A stretch of 62,925 nt of DNA, the filler included. It is 3 parts of 3 records of this genome, joined end to end, with 100 filler letters (N's around TTAATTAATTAA, not from the genome) between each part and the next. Parts side by side here need not be neighbours in the genome. Positions count along the whole stretch, not along the records: positions 22,304 to 46,990 come from DRR723986_31525; 2 more parts are not named here. One strand, written 5' to 3'. The notes under the pieces are model-generated. The model saw only the letters and a program-made list of their open reading frames with translations, was not told the DNA's origin and did not search any database. Of this stretch, positions 31,125 through 41,466 are shown piece by piece; the first letter of the stretch is position 1, and each line of letters begins with the position of its first letter. A program made the position numbers and the translations under genes.

Positions 31125-32234
31125 TTAATCGTGTATTGGGCCTGTCTTATTTCGCAGAAAGGTACCTTGTTTTTTTGCCAAAACCGCTTTCACTTCTGCT
31201 AAAATGGACAAAGCAATCTCTTCCGAACCCTCAGCCCCAATATCCAAACCCATGGGAGAATAGATAGTTGCTTGATTGACAGGGATTCCTTTCTTAGCTA
31301 AGCGCTCAATTAATTTCTGGGACTTTTTTTTCGGACCCAAAATTCCCAAATAGGGCAGATCGAGTTTAGACAGCTCTTCCATTACCAAAGCCTCATATTC
31401 AAAATTATGAGTCATTAAAAGTGCTGCTGAATGTTCATCTGTTTCGAGGTGCTCAACGACTTCTTCCCCAGAACCAGTGATAATTTTCAACGCTGAAGGA
31501 AAGCGAGTAGGCGTAGCCAAGTTCTTTCTCCCATCAATGAGAATTACTTCCAAACCAAGAATATCAGCCATCTTGGCTAGAGGAATTGTATCATTTCCAG
31601 CCCCAAAAAGTAAAATTCGAATGGTTGGTTTGATGGATTCGATAAATACTTGAATATCATCTAAGCTTTCATACTTACGAATTTTATGATGGTTTGTGTC
31701 CATGGTTTTTAACTCGTCTTGGATTTTTTCCCAAAGAGGAGTTTCCAACTTATCTTCATCCCCAAAAACATGATTTCCTTTCAAAAGTATCTTTGTTCCA
31801 ATCTGTTCTTGCTTAGAATATTTGACTGAAAAGACTGTAAGTAATCTGCTGAAAACCCGATCTTGGAGAGCGATTTTCAACAACTCTATTGGATTTATAG
31901 TATTTTGATAATCAATGGGTTCTAACAATACATGAATAATTCCATTACAGCCTAATCCAACTCCAAACTTTTGGTCATCTTCGTCTGTAGTGTCGTACGT
32001 AACCAACATCGATTTCTGCTGGAAAATTACAGTTTGAGCTTTGCGTAGCGCGTCCCCCTCCAGACAGCCACCGCTTATAGCGCCTGTCAATTCACCATCT
32101 TCAGACACTAACATCCTCGCCCCAGGTCGTCGGTAGGCAGAGCCATCCACCTGGACTACTGTTGCCAGTGCAGTATTCTTTCCAGCTACTTTATATTGCT
32201 CATAAGCCTCAATGATGGCTTTAAATTCTTTCAT
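31125..32234 (-). CDS. xdhC: XdhC/CoxI family Moco chaperone
   Basis: GSAYRRPGARM, GAISGGCLE, GLGCNG, FGAG, MTHN, PMGLDIGA, EIALSI. Confidence 0.92.
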   Translation of the reverse strand: MKEFKAIIEAYEQYKVAGKNTALATVVQVDGSAYRRPGARMLVSEDGELTGAISGGCLEGDALRKAQTVIFQQKSMLVTYDTTDEDDQKFGVGLGCNGIIHVLLEPIDYQNTINPIELLKIALQDRVFSRLLTVFSVKYSKQEQIGTKILLKGNHVFGDEDKLETPLWEKIQDELKTMDTNHHKIRKYESLDDIQVFIESIKPTIRILLFGAGNDTIPLAKMADILGLEVILIDGRKNLATPTRFPSALKIITGSGEEVVEHLETDEHSAALLMTHNFEYEALVMEELSKLDLPYLGILGPKKKSQKLIERLAKKGIPVNQATIYSPMGLDIGAEGSEEIALSILAEVKAVLAKKQGTFLRNKTGPIHD

Positions 32235-32432
32235 AGATAGATAATCTGTAAGCTTTCGTGATTTAAGTTAGGCTACTGTTTTTTCAATATCAAAAGAATA
32301 AATGTGAACGGAGGCTAAGGTTTGAAATTCGTAAATATTTATTTGTTTTACGAAGCATGGAATTTTGCGATGAATGAAGCTTGATCAATATATTATGTTA
32401 AAATTTGAAGTTATTAATCACTCCATTGACCA

Positions 32433-32906
32433 ATGAAAATCCCAAGTCTAGCACAACTCAAAAAAGAACTCAGCTTTCTCAATGAGAAGGAATTGATCGA
32501 ATTGGTGGCAGATCTTAGTAAATTCAGTAGAGATAATAAGTCTTACCTATTTTTTAAACTTAACGAGAAAGACCAACCACAACTGTATGTAGAAATGGTG
32601 CAGAAAGAGTTGGAGCTCGATTTTCAAACTGCAAGAGGTGATCATTCCTATTATGCAAAAAAGTCAGCTCAAAAGCTTCGCCGAAAGATGAACAAGCTAC
32701 TTAAACTCAGTAAAGTCAAAACTGATCAAATAGAAGTGTTGTTGTTTTTCTGCGAAAAGCTTAAGGAATATGGCTTTTTGCGCCATAGAAATCAGGTGTT
32801 GGATAATATCTATCAAATGCAATTAGCAAAAGCAGTTAAACTAATCTCTGGATTGCATGAGGATTTGCAATTTGATTACGAGGGCAGAATTGAGGAGTTG
32901 ACCTAA
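32433..32906 (+). CDS. Hypothetical all-helical protein
   Basis: 157-aa ATG ORF ending LHEDLQFDY, a motif typical of a conserved Bacteroidota protein. Confidence 0.75.
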   Translation: MKIPSLAQLKKELSFLNEKELIELVADLSKFSRDNKSYLFFKLNEKDQPQLYVEMVQKELELDFQTARGDHSYYAKKSAQKLRRKMNKLLKLSKVKTDQIEVLLFFCEKLKEYGFLRHRNQVLDNIYQMQLAKAVKLISGLHEDLQFDYEGRIEELT

Positions 32907-33084
32907 ACTTAAAACTTTTAGTTGATTTCAAGAAAAGTGTTGGTTGGTTTGCATGGAAGCAAGGCAAAAGATACTTTGTATCTAAATTGATAATAAACCT
33001 AGATAATACTAGCAGATTGTAGATCAACAAGCTATGTGTTCACCTTAGGTTTAATTTCAATGAGCCCAACCTAAAACCTGTAGA

Positions 33085-33891
33085 ATGAAATCAATTTTTA
33101 AAATCCTATCACTGGGATTAATCTGTGTATCCTATCACAGTTTTGCACAACAAGCATCCACTTCAAATGAACTTTGGCAAGGTAGACAAGCTGCTGTAGT
33201 CCTCACATACGATGATGCGCTGAATGTACATTTAGACAATGTAGTTCCTGCCCTAGAAGCTCATGGGCTCAAGGGTACATTTTACCTCTCAGCATTCTTT
33301 GATGGAAGTAAGAATCGAATAAATGATTGGAGAAAAGCAGCCGAATTAGGACATGAATTAGGCAATCACACACTATATCATCCTTGTGATGCTTCATTAC
33401 CTGGAAGATCCTGGGTAAGTCCAGATAACGATTTGCATAACTACACGACAGCCCAAATTCTGAAGGAAATCCGAATGACCAATGTGTTTTTGGAAACACT
33501 TGATGGTAAAAAGGAGCGGACTTTTGCCTATACCTGTGGAGATACAGCAACTGGCGAAGGTTCATTCATGGAGGATATCAAAGGTGATTTTGTAGCTTCC
33601 AGAGGAGTTCGAGGAGCATTGAATTTGATTGGAAATATAAATCTTCTCAATGTAGATAGCTATGGAATCAATGGAGAATCAGGTGCAGAATTGATTCAAT
33701 TGGTAAAAGAAGCGCAAGAAAAAAATGCACTGATAACCTTCCTTTTTCATGGAGTAGGAGGTGAGCATAACTTAAATGTGTCATTGGAAGCGCACCAGAT
33801 GCTTATTGACTATTTGGCAGAAAATGAGGAAACCATCTGGACCACAACCATGCTGGAAGCAGCAAAACATGTGAAGGAACACCAGAACTAA
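33085..33891 (+). CDS. Secreted polysaccharide deacetylase (CE4/NodB)
   Basis: Signal peptide; LTYDD, GHELGNHT..H, FAY, FLFHG. Confidence 0.88.
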   Translation: MKSIFKILSLGLICVSYHSFAQQASTSNELWQGRQAAVVLTYDDALNVHLDNVVPALEAHGLKGTFYLSAFFDGSKNRINDWRKAAELGHELGNHTLYHPCDASLPGRSWVSPDNDLHNYTTAQILKEIRMTNVFLETLDGKKERTFAYTCGDTATGEGSFMEDIKGDFVASRGVRGALNLIGNINLLNVDSYGINGESGAELIQLVKEAQEKNALITFLFHGVGGEHNLNVSLEAHQMLIDYLAENEETIWTTTMLEAAKHVKEHQN

Positions 33892-33917
33892 TACGCTCAA
33901 TATACCCGAAACCTATT

Positions 33918-35450
33918 ATGAAAAAGACAATTATTATAACCTTAATGCTTGGAATTGGCGGCTTTGCCAATTCTCAAACGACCAAAATTGACGCAAGCAA
34001 GTATCCCGCACCTGTTACTTTTACCAATGAACAGGATCACGCCAATATGCAGCAGCAGTTGGGTATCAAAGTGCTTCGACCTGGGCCAAGCGGAAATGAA
34101 TCTGCTCCAAATGCGGCAAATTACGATGAGGCAAAAGCAAACCCATGCCCAGAACTACCGGATATTTTGATAACAAACGCAGATCAAAAAGTGACATCCC
34201 AAGAAATGTGGTGGAAAACTCGAAGACCTGAATTGGTGGATGCTTTAGAACGTGAAGTTTACGGCAAACTTCCAGAAAATATTCCTGATGTAAATTGGGA
34301 AGTGAAAATCACTGATCGGGAATTTGTGGCCAGAACGCCTGTGATTGCAAAGCAGGTTATCGGACATGTAGATAATAGCTCATATCCTCTGATTGAAGTG
34401 GATATTAATATGATGCTCGTCGTTCCTGCGAATGCCAAAGGTCCTGTTCCTGTTCTGATGATGTTTGGTCGTCCATCTTTTCCCGCACCGGCACAACCGA
34501 ATGGGGAGGATATGGAAATATTGAATTCTTCTTTTAAAGAAATGATGATTAAGAATGATCCTTCTTTGAAAGCTCTTTTTGATAAATATCCTGCTTACAA
34601 TCCAGTGACTCGTTTACCTGGTCCGAGCTTCTTTGCGCCAGCTCCAAATGGAGATTCGCCATCAACAGAACAATTGCTGGCTGCTGGCTGGGGCTATGTA
34701 ACTATTGACCCGAGCAGTATACAGGCGGACAATCACGCAGGGATTACTAGAGGAATAATTGGTTTGGTGAACAAAGGTCAACCTAGATCTCCTGAAGATT
34801 GGGGAGCACTTCGTGCTTGGGCTTGGGGAGCGGCTAGAGCCTTGGATTTCTTGGAAACAGAACCATTGGTAGATGCTAAAAAAGTTGGAATTGAAGGTGT
34901 TTCCCGATATGGAAAAGCAGCTTTAGTAACGATGGCTTTTGAGCCCCGTTTTGCGACAGCTTTAATCGGGTCATCTGGAAAAGGAGGCACCACTCTTCAC
35001 AGACGAGTTTTTGGCGAAGCAGTAGAAAGCCTTACCGGTGGAGAAAACTATTGGATGGCAGGAAACTACATGAAATATGGTGCTGAAGAGTCGGTTTTTG
35101 GAAGAATGGATGGTTGTGATCTTACAGTTGATTCTCATGATATGTTAGCATTATGTGCTCCTAGGCCAGTTTTTGTGAGTTATGGCATTCCTGAGAGTGG
35201 AGATGCAAAATGGCTGGATCAAAAGGGGAGTTACATGGCTGTTGTGGCTGCTGGGGTAGCTTACAAACTATTAGGAGCAACTGATCTCGGCGTATCAAAT
35301 AATTATATGAAAGAAGAAATGCCGCCTTATAATACTGATATGCTGGACGGAGATTTAGCGTGGAGACAGCACGATGGAGGACATACCGATGGACCGAATA
35401 TGCAGCATTTTATACCTTGGGCTAATCGGGTGTTGGATTATGAGAAGTAG
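33918..35450 (+). CDS. CE15-like (glucuronoyl/acetyl xylan) esterase
   Basis: NYDEAK, WGALRAWAWGA, GVSRYGK nucleophile motif, APRP, HDGGH. Confidence 0.85.
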   Translation: MKKTIIITLMLGIGGFANSQTTKIDASKYPAPVTFTNEQDHANMQQQLGIKVLRPGPSGNESAPNAANYDEAKANPCPELPDILITNADQKVTSQEMWWKTRRPELVDALEREVYGKLPENIPDVNWEVKITDREFVARTPVIAKQVIGHVDNSSYPLIEVDINMMLVVPANAKGPVPVLMMFGRPSFPAPAQPNGEDMEILNSSFKEMMIKNDPSLKALFDKYPAYNPVTRLPGPSFFAPAPNGDSPSTEQLLAAGWGYVTIDPSSIQADNHAGITRGIIGLVNKGQPRSPEDWGALRAWAWGAARALDFLETEPLVDAKKVGIEGVSRYGKAALVTMAFEPRFATALIGSSGKGGTTLHRRVFGEAVESLTGGENYWMAGNYMKYGAEESVFGRMDGCDLTVDSHDMLALCAPRPVFVSYGIPESGDAKWLDQKGSYMAVVAAGVAYKLLGATDLGVSNNYMKEEMPPYNTDMLDGDLAWRQHDGGHTDGPNMQHFIPWANRVLDYEK

Positions 35451-35747
35451 TTGAACTATGTTTAACACCTGATTTTGAAAATCCATTTTATATAGGTTAA
35501 TGAATTTTCATTGTGATTTTTAGCTAATTAAAATTGACTAACATACGCTTAAAGGAGTTCCAAAACTTTTTTAAATGATGATTAGCAATATTAAACGAAC
35601 AACTAGATTATTCTAAATCCCAACTAGGTATATCAATTTTAAGGATGTTGAAAAACAACTAGTTATATGATTCTTTTCTCAAAAATAGCTAATTTGTAGA
35701 TCCTTGATATGAATACTTTTTCTGAAAATTTTTAAACTTTACCGAAT

Positions 35748-36899
35748 ATGACAGGATTGATAGTATTGGATACTTTTATCAGTTTGGTTTTCATCTTTCT
35801 TTTGTACAGCCTCTTTACAATGACTTTGATAGAATCCCTTACTTCAATTTTTAGTTCAAGAGCTAAAAATTTGATGGCTGGAATTGAGCGTTTATTGGCA
35901 GACGAAAATGAATCCAATAAAGCAAACCATACCATTGTAAATTTATTTTGGGCCAAGACCAACAGTGGTCTTACAAAAGCCTTTTACAGTCATCCCTCCA
36001 TTAGGTACTTAGGGCCAAAAGGAATCAATAGTAAGCCTTCCTATATAAGTTCAGATTGTTTCAGTTCAACCTTGGTTGATTTATTACAAAAAGGTACTAA
36101 TAGCAATCAAGTCGAGAATATTAATGCAGCATTGGGCATAATTCCAAAGTTTGAATTGGAAGAGCTAGAAGCTGATATCAGGGAATTAAAAGAAGAAATC
36201 AAGGTTCTAAAAGGGCTTGAATCTGTAGACGAATTTGAAATTGAATCAGCAAAACAAGAGCTTTCTTACCTTCAATTGGAATTGGATAACCGTACCAAGA
36301 CCAAGAATCCGTTTCTCCCGAAAGACTTTAGCATAGGAGCAGATACCAAATATCAATTTAATCTACTTTGGAATGAGGCAGGTGACGACATAGAAAAATT
36401 CAAGGGACTACTTGAGCAATGGTATAATGAGCAAATGGATAGAATTTCGGGTTGGTATAAGAGGAAGTTATCACTTCTTACTTTTATCCTGGGTTTTATA
36501 ATAGCTTGTTCATTTAAAGTTGATACCATCCAATTAGCTATGGAATTGTCAAAAAATGAAGATTTGAGAGCAATTTATGTGGAAGGTGCTAAAGAATTAA
36601 TAGCTAACAATGAAACCTTGGATAGTGTGAAACTTGATAATAACAGGCAATATTTTGATAAAAAGCTACAAGAAAATAATCTTGTTTTTTCTGTCACAGA
36701 CATCAGTTTTAAAGATATAAAATTCTTGAATTGGATAGGGTTCTTAATCACAGCTTTTGCGATATCCTTGGGAGCACCTTTTTGGTTTGATCTGCTCAGT
36801 AAGCTGATGCGCGTAAGAACTTCACTACAGCCTGCGGCTCCATCATCCTCAGGTACTTCTACTTCCACAGAGACTAAAAACACCAAAGCAGTAGGATAA
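35748..36899 (+). CDS. Uncharacterised membrane protein with GAPFWFD motif
   Basis: N-terminal TM, FYSHPSI, PSYIS, WYNEQMDRISGWYKR, VDT, C-terminal TM with SLGAPFWFDLL. Confidence 0.8.
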   Translation: MTGLIVLDTFISLVFIFLLYSLFTMTLIESLTSIFSSRAKNLMAGIERLLADENESNKANHTIVNLFWAKTNSGLTKAFYSHPSIRYLGPKGINSKPSYISSDCFSSTLVDLLQKGTNSNQVENINAALGIIPKFELEELEADIRELKEEIKVLKGLESVDEFEIESAKQELSYLQLELDNRTKTKNPFLPKDFSIGADTKYQFNLLWNEAGDDIEKFKGLLEQWYNEQMDRISGWYKRKLSLLTFILGFIIACSFKVDTIQLAMELSKNEDLRAIYVEGAKELIANNETLDSVKLDNNRQYFDKKLQENNLVFSVTDISFKDIKFLNWIGFLITAFAISLGAPFWFDLLSKLMRVRTSLQPAAPSSSGTSTSTETKNTKAVG

Positions 36900-38116
36900 T
36901 GGCTACTTATAAAGGAATTGTAACTAAGTTGGTGAATACCAGAATTTTCAAACCATCTGTAAACGCTCCTAAATCTCAGGAACTTCAACCTAGATGGGAT
37001 GTAGAAATTTCGCATGCTATTCGTGGTGAAGTTCATCGGGGGATCGATATTTGGTATGTATTGACTAACCGTACTTTTGTATGGAGTGGAGCTATTTTTT
37101 CAAGCCAAAATATCCCAATATTGGCTAAACAATATCTAGTGACTGCCGACGATATAGGAGTAAATAAAGAGATAGATCTTGGAGCAAAACTTGCCTTAAA
37201 AAACGGATGGATAAATTCAATAGCTGTCTTGATTAACCGTACGGAAAATGCTGATGATGAGCAGTTAGAAAGTCTGAATAAATTTCTCAATGAAACACAT
37301 AGTATCGGATCTTCTACTCCCTTAGCCAATACAGCTCACGTAGGTCTGCACTATACTATTACATCAGGCAAACCTGTTTCTCCAATTGAAGAAGTTAAAA
37401 ATCTTGTTGACGAAAATGGGTACTTTCCTGAATATAAGGGTTTGGATAGTAACTATGGTACTGATGCCTATGTAACACAAGCCATGCATGAATTAGAATC
37501 CCAATACATCAAATTTAAAAGAGTTTTCAAGAGAGAACCTGCCCACCTGACTTCTCATCATGATGTCCATACATTTACTTATCCTCTCTTCAATTCTATT
37601 CATAGCTGGGCGATTAACAAAAAGATTCCAATTCGTTCACATAGTTTCCTGCCTCCTATAAGAAGGGAATTTTATGATTTGGGCGTTAAACTGAATTTGC
37701 CATCAATTGATACAATGGATTCCTGGTCTATAAAACTAGGTTGTCAATCATCTTCAGACCATACTATGGTTGGCCATTATGGTCCGGCCCCTTTTCTTCC
37801 ATTGATTAGTTACACCAGTGTAATTAGCAAGAAGCATAAAACTTTAGATGCTGGGATCTATGATTTTTTGGCTAGCACTGACCAATCGAGGGAAATCATG
37901 GTTCATATCATAAAGTCGGATTTCACAAAAAAAAGGGAATTTAAAGATCACTACAAACCATTCGTGAGAGAATACCCTGGAGTAGATACTAGATATTTTG
38001 CCGGACGTGTTGCAGAATTTCGCTCCCTACAGAGCAGGAGTCTTGCTTTAGAAGGAAGAACTAACAGTTACTTTATTCCATTTGATTTCATTATTCCTGA
38101 AATAAGGCCAGTATAA
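36899..38116 (+). CDS. SH3-like domain fused to YdjC/ChbG-type carbohydrate deacetylase
   Basis: N-terminal GE...IWY...FVWSG segment; TADDIG, HVGLH, HLTSHHDVH, EIMVH motifs; start overlaps upstream stop (TAATG). Confidence 0.75.
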   Translation: MATYKGIVTKLVNTRIFKPSVNAPKSQELQPRWDVEISHAIRGEVHRGIDIWYVLTNRTFVWSGAIFSSQNIPILAKQYLVTADDIGVNKEIDLGAKLALKNGWINSIAVLINRTENADDEQLESLNKFLNETHSIGSSTPLANTAHVGLHYTITSGKPVSPIEEVKNLVDENGYFPEYKGLDSNYGTDAYVTQAMHELESQYIKFKRVFKREPAHLTSHHDVHTFTYPLFNSIHSWAINKKIPIRSHSFLPPIRREFYDLGVKLNLPSIDTMDSWSIKLGCQSSSDHTMVGHYGPAPFLPLISYTSVISKKHKTLDAGIYDFLASTDQSREIMVHIIKSDFTKKREFKDHYKPFVREYPGVDTRYFAGRVAEFRSLQSRSLALEGRTNSYFIPFDFIIPEIRPV

Positions 38117-38141
38117 ATACGAGTTGAACAGATCGTAGGAA

Positions 38142-39053
38142 TTAAATCTCGAATTTTTCGTGAGTCATTTCTTCTGCCGCTGTCCATAATTTAGAGGCGA
38201 CTAGAAGATCATGTGATCTTGAGGAAGAACTCACCACTTTTGGCGGACCTTTGATTTCTTTGAAACCAGAAGGCCCAAAGTATGCTCCACCGTTAGCCGA
38301 GGGATCTAAGGCAGCTTGTAAAATAGGAAGTGCACCTGCTTTGGCATCTTGTCCTATAAATGATGCAAATGGGGCAAATAATTTAGCGCCGACACTTGGA
38401 AGTAAGTGGCCTAAATTAGTGCTTGAAAAACCAGGATGTGCAGCAAGAGATTTTAGTTTTAATCCATTATCTTCTATTCTTCTCTGAAGTTCATATGCAA
38501 AAATCAGACATGCCAGCTTGCTTTGGCCATATACTTTCCAAGTCGAATAGTTCTTTTCTGCATTTAGATTAGTAAAATCTATCTTTGCATTTTTATGCGC
38601 AAGACTACTTAGCATCACCACTCTCGATCCTAAGGTAGTTTTAAGAATAGGAAATAGACGCTTAACCAATACAAAGTGGGCTAGGAAATTCACTCCAAAT
38701 TGACTTTCAAACCCATCCTTAGTGGTTTGGAAGGGAGGCATCATTATTCCAGCATTTGCTATTAGAAAATCAAGTCTATCGTATTTTTCAGAGAATTCTT
38801 TTGCAAAAGCCCGCACAGATTCCAGGCTCATTAAGTCAACCAACAAAATTTCAAGATCAGCATCCGGTACTTTTCGTAGAATTTCGCTCATCGCTTCCTG
38901 TGCTTTTGCAAGGGAGCGACATGCTAAAATCACTGTAGCTTTCTTTTTAGCCAATGCCAAGGTAGTTTCGAATCCTATTCCATTGTTGGCTCCTGTGACA
39001 ATAGCTACCTTGCCTTTTTGAGATGAAATAGATTCTAAAGAAAAGTTTTCCAT
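38142..39053 (-). CDS. Short-chain dehydrogenase/reductase (retinol dehydrogenase-like)
   Basis: TGANNGIG, NAGIM, YGQSK (YxxxK), HPG. Confidence 0.92.
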   Translation of the reverse strand: MENFSLESISSQKGKVAIVTGANNGIGFETTLALAKKKATVILACRSLAKAQEAMSEILRKVPDADLEILLVDLMSLESVRAFAKEFSEKYDRLDFLIANAGIMMPPFQTTKDGFESQFGVNFLAHFVLVKRLFPILKTTLGSRVVMLSSLAHKNAKIDFTNLNAEKNYSTWKVYGQSKLACLIFAYELQRRIEDNGLKLKSLAAHPGFSSTNLGHLLPSVGAKLFAPFASFIGQDAKAGALPILQAALDPSANGGAYFGPSGFKEIKGPPKVVSSSSRSHDLLVASKLWTAAEEMTHEKFEI

Positions 39054-39219
39054 GTAGATTAAAAACTATAAGTGGTTGAATGTAAGAAGGAAATATCGAA
39101 ACCTAATATTATCTTTTAGTAATCCTACCTCTTGTGGAAGGGAGGCTAGGGTCATAACAGTTCAGATTTGCCAACTCAGTTTTTTCATTTATCTTTTCAA
39201 AAACACCACCAAACAAAAT

Positions 39220-41247
39220 ATGAAAAATTTACTTTATGCCTCAGCATTTTTGATGCTATTAGCAGCATGCTCCCAGCAAGAAGCTGTTGAGAATCCCCCT
39301 CAACGTGAATTTGTGAGCGTAGCTGGAATAGACCCTTCTATAAAGCCAGGAGATAATTTCTTTATGCACGTAAATGGGATCTGGTACGATTCTGCAAAAA
39401 TTGCTGATGACCAATCTGGTGTAGGTTCGTATTCTTTTTTGAATATTCCTCAAAAAAAACTTCTTGAAAACATATTGGAAGAAGTGTCCAAATCCAAAAA
39501 TCCAGCTGGAAGTATAGAACAGAAGGTTGGTGATTTTTACGCTTCAGGTATGGATACTGCGGCGATAAATCAGCGGGGTTTTGAACCTATAAAACCTATT
39601 CTTGATGAAATTGAGGCAATTTCAGACTTGCCTTCTTTGTTGAGTTTTGTAACTGATGAAATCAAATCAAACAGCGAATCTATCATTGGTCTTGGAATTT
39701 CTCCGGATGCCGAAAATAGCAGTATTAACATAGCACATTTTAGCCAAACTGGACTGGGTTTACCCGATCGGGACTATTACTTCAATACAGATTCTTCTAC
39801 GATTGCTATCCAAAAAGCTTATTTGGATTATGTTTCGGCACTTTTCGAATTAACTGGAAGTGAAACGACTGAAGCTCAGAGGAATGCGGAAAAGGTGTAT
39901 GAAATTGAAAAACAGTTGGCTCAATCTCACAAAACACGAATCGAACGAAGAATTGTAAAGGAGAATTACCATAAAATGTCCGTAACTGAACTAAATCAAA
40001 AACAACCGACAATTGGGTGGAGTACCATGCTTGAGCAGCTAGGACTAGATGCAGATTCGGTAGATGTTCGTCAGCCAGTTTACTATGCGACTTTGGATAA
40101 AATGCTAAAAGCAGTTCCTCTTTCGGATTGGAAGATTTATGTCAAAGCTCATACTCTGGATTCCTTTGCCGAGGTGTTAAGTAAGACATTTGAAGATGCT
40201 TCATTTGATTATCAAAAAGTAATCAATGGTCAGTCAACCCAATTGACCAGAGCTCAGCAAATGGTACAAAAAGTGGATAGACAATTAGGGTTTGCATTAG
40301 GCCAACTGTATGTGAAACGTTATTTCAATGAAGATGCCAAAAAGCGGGTTCTTGATTTGGTCAATAATCTTCAAAAGGCTTTTGAAAGTAGAATCAATCA
40401 ATTGGACTGGATGAGCGACAGCACCAAAACTCAGGCGAAAGAAAAGCTGTATGCGATCACTAAAAAAATAGGCTATCCAGACGAATGGAGAGAATATGAT
40501 GTGACCATAGATCCATCCAAATATTTTGAAAATGTACTTGCTCTTCGTAAGGATCAGAGTCGTTATCAATTGGATAAATTCGGCAAGGCTCCAAATAAGC
40601 TCGAGTGGGGTACGACGCCTTCTACTGTAACAGCGTATTACAATCCTTCTTTGAATGAAATCGTTTTTCCGGCAGGAATCTTACAATATCCCTACTTTGA
40701 TCTTTATGCTGATGATGCGATTAACTACGGTGGAATCGGAATGGTAATTGGCCATGAGCTAACCCATGCTTTTGATGATCAGGGAGCGCAATATGATAAG
40801 GATGGCAATGTGAAAAACTGGTGGACTGCGGAGGATTATGAGAAGTTCAAAGGCAAAACGCAGCAATTGATCGAGCGCTATGACACGTTCACCGTCCTGG
40901 ATTCTATACATGTGAAAGGTGCAATGACTATTGGAGAAAATACCGCTGATAACGGGGCTTTATACATTGCTTATGAAGCCTTTAAGTTGACAGAACAAGG
41001 TCAGGATACTACTAAAATCGATGGATATACTCCTGATCAGCGATTTTGCCTTTCCATCGCCAGAATCTGGAGAGTGAAGACTAGGGATGAGTTTTTGAGA
41101 ACTTATGTTAATACAAATTCGCACTCGCCTGCTGTTTGGCGCGTAAATGGACCGTTGATGAATTTTGATCCATTCTACACTGCATTTAATATTCAGCCAG
41201 GTGATTTGAATTATAAGTCAGAAGCAGAAAGAATTAAAATCTGGTAA
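39220..41247 (+). CDS. M13 family metallopeptidase (PepO-like) lipoprotein
   Basis: Lipobox LAAC; AYYNP, GHELTH (HExxH), GENTAD, HSP..RVNG; ATG at 39220. Confidence 0.92.
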   Translation: MKNLLYASAFLMLLAACSQQEAVENPPQREFVSVAGIDPSIKPGDNFFMHVNGIWYDSAKIADDQSGVGSYSFLNIPQKKLLENILEEVSKSKNPAGSIEQKVGDFYASGMDTAAINQRGFEPIKPILDEIEAISDLPSLLSFVTDEIKSNSESIIGLGISPDAENSSINIAHFSQTGLGLPDRDYYFNTDSSTIAIQKAYLDYVSALFELTGSETTEAQRNAEKVYEIEKQLAQSHKTRIERRIVKENYHKMSVTELNQKQPTIGWSTMLEQLGLDADSVDVRQPVYYATLDKMLKAVPLSDWKIYVKAHTLDSFAEVLSKTFEDASFDYQKVINGQSTQLTRAQQMVQKVDRQLGFALGQLYVKRYFNEDAKKRVLDLVNNLQKAFESRINQLDWMSDSTKTQAKEKLYAITKKIGYPDEWREYDVTIDPSKYFENVLALRKDQSRYQLDKFGKAPNKLEWGTTPSTVTAYYNPSLNEIVFPAGILQYPYFDLYADDAINYGGIGMVIGHELTHAFDDQGAQYDKDGNVKNWWTAEDYEKFKGKTQQLIERYDTFTVLDSIHVKGAMTIGENTADNGALYIAYEAFKLTEQGQDTTKIDGYTPDQRFCLSIARIWRVKTRDEFLRTYVNTNSHSPAVWRVNGPLMNFDPFYTAFNIQPGDLNYKSEAERIKIW

Positions 41248-41277
41248 ATTACCTAAAAGAACGTTTGGCAGAATACC

Positions 41278-41313
41278 TATAGAACCCATATCTCGTATGG
41301 GTTCTATTTTTTT
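41278..41313 (+). terminator. Intrinsic terminator
   Basis: ATAGAACCCATA-tctcg-TATGGGTTCTAT followed by T-run. Confidence 0.8.
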
Positions 41314-41466
41314 AGGGATATAAATATGACTCAAGATTAAAGAACCTAGAAGAACCGTTAGACCGAATACTTTTGTAAAATTTTTACTTTCATGGATATC
41401 TTTCTAACAAATTCTATTGGAATTCAGAAGGCCTTACTTTATTTGCCTAAACACTATTGTTTTCAG

